The translations under genes and the position numbers were made by a program. The notes under the pieces were generated by a model. It was not told where the DNA came from, did not search any database, and saw nothing but the letters and a program-made list of their open reading frames with translations. A stretch of DNA of 64,000 bases. Source: Candidatus Latescibacterota bacterium (GTDB taxonomy: Bacteria > Latescibacterota > UBA2968 > UBA8231). Below, piece by piece: positions 58,418 through 64,000 of this stretch (position 1 is its first letter; the number at the start of each line of letters is the position of its first letter). The stretch covers positions 3,104,001 to 3,168,000 of the forward strand of contig OZ241362.1 of NCBI GenBank assembly GCA_965200315.1, given 5' to 3'.

Positions 58418-59648
58418 GGTTTTCGTCCTCGGCGGCTGCGTGTTTGAGCAAGAGGGCGTGGCCCATCTTGTCGCGCTTGGTTGTTAGGTAGCGGATGTTG
58501 TGCGGGTTGGGAGCGGCCTCAATGGGCACTTGCTCGACGACGGTCAGGCCATAAGCCTCCAAACCGACCCGCTTCTTGGGATTGTTGGTCAAAAAGCGTA
58601 CGCGGCGCAATCCTAGGTCGTAGAGCACTTGAGCGCCGATGCCGTAGTCGCGCGAGTCCATGGGGTGGCCGAGGGCGTGGTTGGCTTCGATGGTGTCGAG
58701 GCCCTGCTGTTGCAGTTCGTATGCCTTGAGCTTGTGCAAGATGCCGATGCCGCGCCCTTCGTGATGCTGAATATAGACGATGACGCCGCGTCCTTCTGCG
58801 GCAATGAGCTGCATGGATTGCGCTAGCTGTTCACCGCAGTCGCACAGCAGCGAGCCGAGCGCATCGCCGGTCAGGCAACCCGAATGCATGCGCACCAAGG
58901 TGTCGCGGCCGTCGGCGACCTCGCCGTACACGAGGGCGAGGTACGGGTTGTCGTCAACCAAGCTGCGGTACGCATAGGCCGTGAATTCGCCGCAGCGGGT
59001 TGGCATGGGCGACTGAGCCTCTAGATGGATCAGTTTCTCGGTGCGGCGGCGATGGGCAATCAGGTCGTGGATGGTGGTGAGCTTGAGGTCGTGTTCGCGT
59101 ACGAAGTTGAGCAGGTAGGACGCGTCGGCCAGCGCACCCCCTTCATCGAGGATGGCGGCGATCAAGGCCACGGGCTGGCTGTCGGCCATCTGCGCCAAAT
59201 CGACTGAGGCTTCGGTGTGGCCGGCGCGGCGCAACACCCCGCCCGGTTGGGCTTGGAGTGGCGTGACGTGCCCGGGCTGGACGAAGTCTTCGGGCGCACT
59301 GGCGGGATCGGCTAGTTTGCGGATAGTCGCGGCCCGATCCTGAGCCGAAACGCCGGTGCCCTCAATGGCGCGGGCATTGACCGAGACCATGATCGAGGCG
59401 TCTATCGGCTCGTGGGCCTTGGAAATATGCAGATGCAGTTCAAGAGCTTTGAGGTGGTCTTCGGTGGCAGCGACCACGGGCGGACTGCTGGCGCAGCGCG
59501 TCATAAAGTTGACCGAGGCGGCGGTGGCTCGGTCGGCGAGCATCACCAGTACGCCCTCGCCCACAGTTTCGCACTCGTCGACGAGCACGACCATGCGGCC
59601 GTTTTGCAGGTCTTCGACGACCTCTTCAATGGTGTTGAAATCGAGCAT
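58401..59648 (-). CDS. ribBA: RibBA-type fusion: intact GTP cyclohydrolase II with a degenerate DHBP-synthase domain
   Basis: GCH II motifs [25 protein letters not shown] and TNNPKK are intact. The N-terminal RibB motifs are substituted. Confidence 0.93.
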   Translation of the reverse strand: MLDFNTIEEVVEDLQNGRMVVLVDECETVGEGVLVMLADRATAASVNFMTRCASSPPVVAATEDHLKALELHLHISKAHEPIDASIMVSVNARAIEGTGVSAQDRAATIRKLADPASAPEDFVQPGHVTPLQAQPGGVLRRAGHTEASVDLAQMADSQPVALIAAILDEGGALADASYLLNFVREHDLKLTTIHDLIAHRRRTEKLIHLEAQSPMPTRCGEFTAYAYRSLVDDNPYLALVYGEVADGRDTLVRMHSGCLTGDALGSLLCDCGEQLAQSMQLIAAEGRGVIVYIQHHEGRGIGILHKLKAYELQQQGLDTIEANHALGHPMDSRDYGIGAQVLYDLGLRRVRFLTNNPKKRVGLEAYGLTVVEQVPIEAAPNPHNIRYLTTKRDKMGHALLLKHAAAEDENHAKSA

Positions 59649-59651
59649 TGC

Positions 59652-60281
59652 TCAGTATCCCATATCGCGCAAGTCCTCGAAGCTGAGCTGGGGTTGCCCA
59701 CCGAGCAAACGCTCGACATAGCGGGCGATCACATCGACTTCGAGGTTGACGGAATCACCGGTGAGCCGGTGGCTAAGCGTCGTCTTGTCAAATGTATGCG
59801 GAATGACCGCAATCGTAAAGGCATCGCCGCTGACCTCGGCCACCGTCAGGCTGATGCCATCGAGGGCCACCGAGCCTTTGGTGGCGATGTAGCGGGCGAG
59901 CGCGGGCGGCGGCTCGATCTCGAAGCGATGCTCCCCGTCGCGCTCCGTGCGCCGGCGAATGCGGGCGATGCCATCGACGTGCCCCAACACGAGATGGCCG
60001 CCGAGCCGCTGATCGGCGCGGAGGGCGCACTCTAGATTAACCGCTTGCCCGATAGCAAGGGTGCCCAAGGTCGTGCGGGAGAGCGTTTCGGCGACCGTCT
60101 CGACCGCAAAGCTGCTCTCTCCTATGGCCACCACAGTCTGGCAAACCCCGTCGATATTGACGCTGTCCCCCACCTGCAAGCCGGCGAGAACGCGCTCGGC
60201 TTCGATCTCCAACTGCTGGAAAGCGCCTCGGCGCACGCGGCCGCGTACGCTCCCGAGTTCCTCTATGAGTCCGGTGAACAA
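59652..60281 (-). CDS. ribE: Riboflavin synthase
   Basis: Motifs MFTGLI, GGHLVLGHVD, KGSVALDGISLT and VNLEVD. Confidence 0.97.
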   Translation of the reverse strand: MFTGLIEELGSVRGRVRRGAFQQLEIEAERVLAGLQVGDSVNIDGVCQTVVAIGESSFAVETVAETLSRTTLGTLAIGQAVNLECALRADQRLGGHLVLGHVDGIARIRRRTERDGEHRFEIEPPPALARYIATKGSVALDGISLTVAEVSGDAFTIAVIPHTFDKTTLSHRLTGDSVNLEVDVIARYVERLLGGQPQLSFEDLRDMGY

Positions 60282-61360
60282 GGGTATTGTACCTCAGCCG
60301 TATAGAGCAGGTCAGGGCCTAGCCGCTGGATGCGGCTGGATGCAAGGCGAATGGCCTCGGCCGCACGTTCGACCCCCAAGTCGCCAATGGCAGCAACCCC
60401 CTCGCCCATCAGCCTCGGTGCGAGGTAGAGCTGAACTTGGTCAACGACGCGGTCGCCGAGTGCGGCCGCGGCCAACTGGCCACCGCCTTCGATGAGGACG
60501 CTGGTCATGCCCTCTCGCGCCATGCGCGCAAGGGGCAAGCGCAAGTTGATGCGCCCGGCAGACGCCGGAAAAGTCCAAATCTCAGCCCCTTTGGCCGCGT
60601 AGGCCCGGTGCTTGTCGGCGGGTGTATCCTCTGCCGTGACGAGTACGGCTCCGGGCCGCTGATAGACGCGAGCCGCGGGCGCGGTGTGCAAACGCCCGTC
60701 TATGACGATGGGCCGCGGGTCGCGCCCGGACACGTGGCGCACCGTCAGCAGGGGATCGTCGGCTTGCACGGTGCCTGCGCCTACGATCACGGCATCGACC
60801 CAAGAGCGCCAGCGATGAACGTGGCGTCGCGCTCGCTCGCCGGTGATCCAACGCGCATCGCCGCTGCTTGCCGCAATGCGGCCGTCGAGGGTCTGCGCCA
60901 GCTTGAGCAGGACCAAGGGCAGGTTTTGGGTGCGGTGTTTAACGTAAGCCACGTTGAGGCGGCGCGCCTCTTCAGCGCAAAGCCCAACGTCAATGGCGAC
61001 ACCCTTTTCCCGCAGCGCGGCGATCCCCCGCCCAGCCGTGCGCTCGTCGGGATCTTCCATCGCGCAGTAGAGCCTTTTAATGCCAGCGCGAAGCACAGCT
61101 TCAGTACAGGGCGGGGTACGGCCGTGGAAGGAGCAAGGCTCCAGCGTGACGTAGAGATCGGCCCCCCGCGCCGCGTCGCCGGCCCGGCACAGGGCGTGGA
61201 CCTCGGCATGGAATCCGCCGACCTTCAGATGGGCCCCTTCGCCGACGATGCAGTCCCCGCGCACCACGACCGCGCCGACCATGGGATTGGGGCTGACCTT
61301 GCCGCGACCTCGCTGCGCTAACCGCAGGGCACGGCGCATGTATTGCTCGGGCTGGTTCAC
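60263..61360 (-). CDS. ribD: Bifunctional deaminase/reductase RibD
   Basis: Motifs PNPMVG, HAE, TLEPC...TPPC, LDG and EGG. Confidence 0.97.
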   Translation of the reverse strand: MNQPEQYMRRALRLAQRGRGKVSPNPMVGAVVVRGDCIVGEGAHLKVGGFHAEVHALCRAGDAARGADLYVTLEPCSFHGRTPPCTEAVLRAGIKRLYCAMEDPDERTAGRGIAALREKGVAIDVGLCAEEARRLNVAYVKHRTQNLPLVLLKLAQTLDGRIAASSGDARWITGERARRHVHRWRSWVDAVIVGAGTVQADDPLLTVRHVSGRDPRPIVIDGRLHTAPAARVYQRPGAVLVTAEDTPADKHRAYAAKGAEIWTFPASAGRINLRLPLARMAREGMTSVLIEGGGQLAAAALGDRVVDQVQLYLAPRLMGEGVAAIGDLGVERAAEAIRLASSRIQRLGPDLLYTAEVQYPCSPDS

Positions 61361-63384
61361 TTGATTTGGATGACGATTTGCCGCACGCCGATGTTGTCGA
61401 GGTCGTCGATGGCCCGCACGACAATGACGTGCTCGCCCGTCGCTAGCCCTTCGACCACAAAGCGCGCCTTTTCGCTGCGGCTGTCAAAGACGCCGTCCAG
61501 CGGCGCGATGGGGTGCTGTTGCTCGTCGTAGTCCATGGTGTAATAGGCCTTTTGCACCGCTGAGATGCGGTCGCTAATCGCCACTTCGACGACGGCACCA
61601 TCGGCGCTGGTCTGCGCGTCGAGTGCAACGGTTGGCGGGCTGTTGTCAATGGCGAAGGGCGCACTTTCGCGCTCGTCGCGCAGGCGTTCGGCCGCTGGGT
61701 TGTCCATGTGATCCGAGGCCACCAGCTTGAGCTGGGTCTGGCCTTCGGGCATGGATTCGGTATCCCAGAGAACCGAAGTTTGCGCGATGTTCTCCTCAAC
61801 CAACTTCCAAGCTCGTTGATCTTCGCCCTTGAGATAGAGGTCGTAAACCAGTTCGTCCTCGTTGGGGTCTTGGGCCTGCCAGCGCACTAGACGCAGGCTT
61901 TTCGCTTGGGGAGGCCGGTTGTTGCGCCGCCCTGGGCCAGCTTGAGGTGCGCCTTGTGATTGACCGCCGTTGCCGGATTGTTGCGGCCGGAAGGGGAAGG
62001 TTTGCAGGTCGGTGATGCGGGGTTTGAGGTTGACTTGGACGCCGCGGATTTCGATCGAGCTGAGCCGGGGCGTGGCCCCGTCGCGCGTGGATTCCATTTC
62101 GACCCGGTACTGGATAAAGCGAGCGGGGGGACTGGCGATGGTTTGGCCGCTCTCGGTCAGCGGCTCAGACCACGCGCTCCAAGTTTTGTCCGGCTCTTCG
62201 CTGTTGCCGGTGCGCGTCTGCACGGTTATGCGGGTGTCTGAGGGTTGGGTGCCGCGCCATTCGAGCACACCCCATCGTGCGTGGATGGCAAAGTCCTCGA
62301 CTGCTGATTCAAAGTGCCCCTTGAGTCGGCCCTGCTCGGGCAGGATAGAGACAGCGGCGTTTTGCGACCCGCCCAAGTAAAGCGCCCCACCTGATCCGAA
62401 TAAGAGGCGGCTGGGGACGAAGCTCTCGAATTGCACGACCAACGACCGGCGGCCATCGGTGCTGAGGCGCAAAAGCCGCGCTGGGTTGGAGGTGCTGAGC
62501 AGCAGGTGTTCACCGGCTGCAACGAGATTGACGAGTTGGGCTTCGGTATCCTCCCATATCGGATAGACCGCCCCCTCCGCGCCGGCTCGGTACACGGCCG
62601 CCGGGACCTTGTTGGAATTTTCGCCCCTGCTCGGCGCGGGAATCGCACTGGCGAAGATCGCCCCGTTGGTCCCTGCTACTAGGTTGCGAATTTCTTCCTG
62701 CTCGCATTCAAAGAGCAGCCGCCCGCGGCCCTCGCCGTCGATCTCGTAGATGCGGCCCTTGTCAGCCGTGCCGGCGTACAAGCGGTTGTTGTGGGCGAGC
62801 AGGGTTATGACGTGGCGATCTTCTGGCGCAAAGAAGACTTCGTGCGACCCATCTTTGGCGATTTTGAGCACTCGGCCGGGTTCACCTGTGGCTGCGTAGA
62901 GTTGGCCATCGACTAAGGAGAAGTCCCACACGTAGTGGCTACCGGTCTGGAGCAAGGTTTTCGCCTGCCCCTCGCTGTCGATCTGATAGATCAGGCCGTC
63001 GGGAGCCGAGCCAGCGTAGAGCCGACGATCAGGGCCGACGATCAGGGCGTGGAGGACGAGTTCGGGCGAGTCAAATAGCAACTCGGCTTGCCCCTCGTCA
63101 TCGACGACAAAGAGCCGGCCCGAGTCGCCCGTGCCCACGTAGAGCCCCCCCTTGGGATTGGGTGTCATGGACCAGACGCGCTCGGCTTCTAATGACGCTA
63201 GCTCGACGAGCGTAGGTGCCAACTCCAACGCGCCGTCCGCGGCAATGGAGATGCCTTCGCTCTCGCCTTCGGCGAAGTCGTCGTACGCGTGCTGCTGCCA
63301 AGCCTTGGCGCGCCCCGCTTCGGTTGTGCTGACTGCCGGTAGTAGCAAGAAAAACGAAAACAGGACTCGGGTTGTAAGTATCAT
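61357..63384 (-). CDS. Secreted beta-propeller protein with WSxWS domain and Ig-like C-terminal domains
   Basis: Signal peptide; repeated LYxGT/G...GxxY blades; TRTGN...WSAWS...SPPARFIQY; DGVFDS. Confidence 0.8.
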   Translation of the reverse strand: MILTTRVLFSFFLLLPAVSTTEAGRAKAWQQHAYDDFAEGESEGISIAADGALELAPTLVELASLEAERVWSMTPNPKGGLYVGTGDSGRLFVVDDEGQAELLFDSPELVLHALIVGPDRRLYAGSAPDGLIYQIDSEGQAKTLLQTGSHYVWDFSLVDGQLYAATGEPGRVLKIAKDGSHEVFFAPEDRHVITLLAHNNRLYAGTADKGRIYEIDGEGRGRLLFECEQEEIRNLVAGTNGAIFASAIPAPSRGENSNKVPAAVYRAGAEGAVYPIWEDTEAQLVNLVAAGEHLLLSTSNPARLLRLSTDGRRSLVVQFESFVPSRLLFGSGGALYLGGSQNAAVSILPEQGRLKGHFESAVEDFAIHARWGVLEWRGTQPSDTRITVQTRTGNSEEPDKTWSAWSEPLTESGQTIASPPARFIQYRVEMESTRDGATPRLSSIEIRGVQVNLKPRITDLQTFPFRPQQSGNGGQSQGAPQAGPGRRNNRPPQAKSLRLVRWQAQDPNEDELVYDLYLKGEDQRAWKLVEENIAQTSVLWDTESMPEGQTQLKLVASDHMDNPAAERLRDERESAPFAIDNSPPTVALDAQTSADGAVVEVAISDRISAVQKAYYTMDYDEQQHPIAPLDGVFDSRSEKARFVVEGLATGEHVIVVRAIDDLDNIGVRQIVIQIK

Positions 63385-63388
63385 TAGA

Positions 63389-64000
63389 TCAGGGCTTTCT
63401 CAAGGTCATGTCGAGGCTTTGCTCGCCTAAGAGCACGTAGTCGATGGTCAGGGTGTGGCGGAGGACGACCTCGCCGCGGACTAGCCCCAGATGCCCAGCC
63501 GAGCGATCCGCGTTCAACACGGCCAACGCCGAGGGCGGCAGCCCGGGCAACTCGCGCCCTTTCATCGTAAAGCCCGGCTCCACGCGAAAGACCTCGACGA
63601 CCAGTTCGTCGGCCGCCCCCGTGCGCTCGAGCAATGCGAGCAAGTCGGCGGCATTGCGCGGCACAAACGCAGCGGGCTGGCGCGCCGCTTCCCAATCTGT
63701 GCTCGCCACACCACTGCCGACGCGCACGACGAAGGGACCGGGTTTGAGATGTGCGGGCAAACGTAGCTCTAGGTGCTCTGTTACCGGCTCGGCGCGATAC
63801 GGTTGCAACGTCGCTTGCAGCGCAACCCGCTGCCCGGCCTTGGGTTCGGGCGGCGACAATCGCAGGCCCGTGATGCGGGCTTGGGCGAGGGTTTCGCTGA
63901 TTTCCAACTCAAAGTGCAGCGAGTCTAAAGTCAGCCCGGCGAAGGGGTTGTTGAGCAACACGCCGACCGGCTGCACGGCGTCTATCACGGCTCTGAGTGG
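63389..64000 (-). CDS. C-terminal part of a probable SpoIVB/S55 peptidase-domain protein (runs off the window)
   Basis: NNPF, L.PYR and ELPGLPPS motifs that I recall from S55-protein C-termini; directly upstream of the propeller gene. The catalytic domain is outside the window. Confidence 0.65.
   Translation of the reverse strand, partial: PLRAVIDAVQPVGVLLNNPFAGLTLDSLHFELEISETLAQARITGLRLSPPEPKAGQRVALQATLQPYRAEPVTEHLELRLPAHLKPGPFVVRVGSGVASTDWEAARQPAAFVPRNAADLLALLERTGAADELVVEVFRVEPGFTMKGRELPGLPPSALAVLNADRSAGHLGLVRGEVVLRHTLTIDYVLLGEQSLDMTLRKP

Noticed and set aside
61340-61400. FMN riboswitch upstream of ribD
   Set aside because: ribD overlaps the upstream gene's stop (GTGA), so there is no leader.

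Overview
A GC-rich (about 60-65% by eye) bacterial chromosomal window of mostly housekeeping genes: groL, lipB-icd-moaC, mfd-PPIases-nrnA-argF, tRNA-Ala(GGC), fmt-yajC, tgt, purC and secA-nusB-rib operon. These are interleaved with sugar and amino-acid catabolic genes (uxuA-like, rhaB, PfkB, amidohydrolase, dgcN-dgcA), two PhyH-family oxygenases, two intact toxin-antitoxin pairs and one decayed one, an IS982 relic and many small palindromic elements. Gene content (PorV-like barrels, FlgD-Ig-tailed secreted proteins, PhyH and sulfatase genes) suggests an FCB-group organism such as Latescibacterota, possibly a marine or sponge symbiont; this is inference. The most notable items: (i) a PhyH-fold enzyme with a halogenase-type H-x-G motif, translationally coupled to dgcN-dgcA and next to a C39 peptidase; (ii) a family of secreted FlgD-Ig-tailed proteins (one intact, two decayed) beside a T9SS-like PorV locus, whose intact member shares a WSxWS domain with the SpoIVB/S55-associated propeller protein; (iii) an apparent CCAG/CTGG->CTAG mutational signature; (iv) a RibBA whose DHBP-synthase domain looks catalytically dead. 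All family assignments come from motif recognition by eye, with no database searches. No CRISPR array or rRNA was seen.
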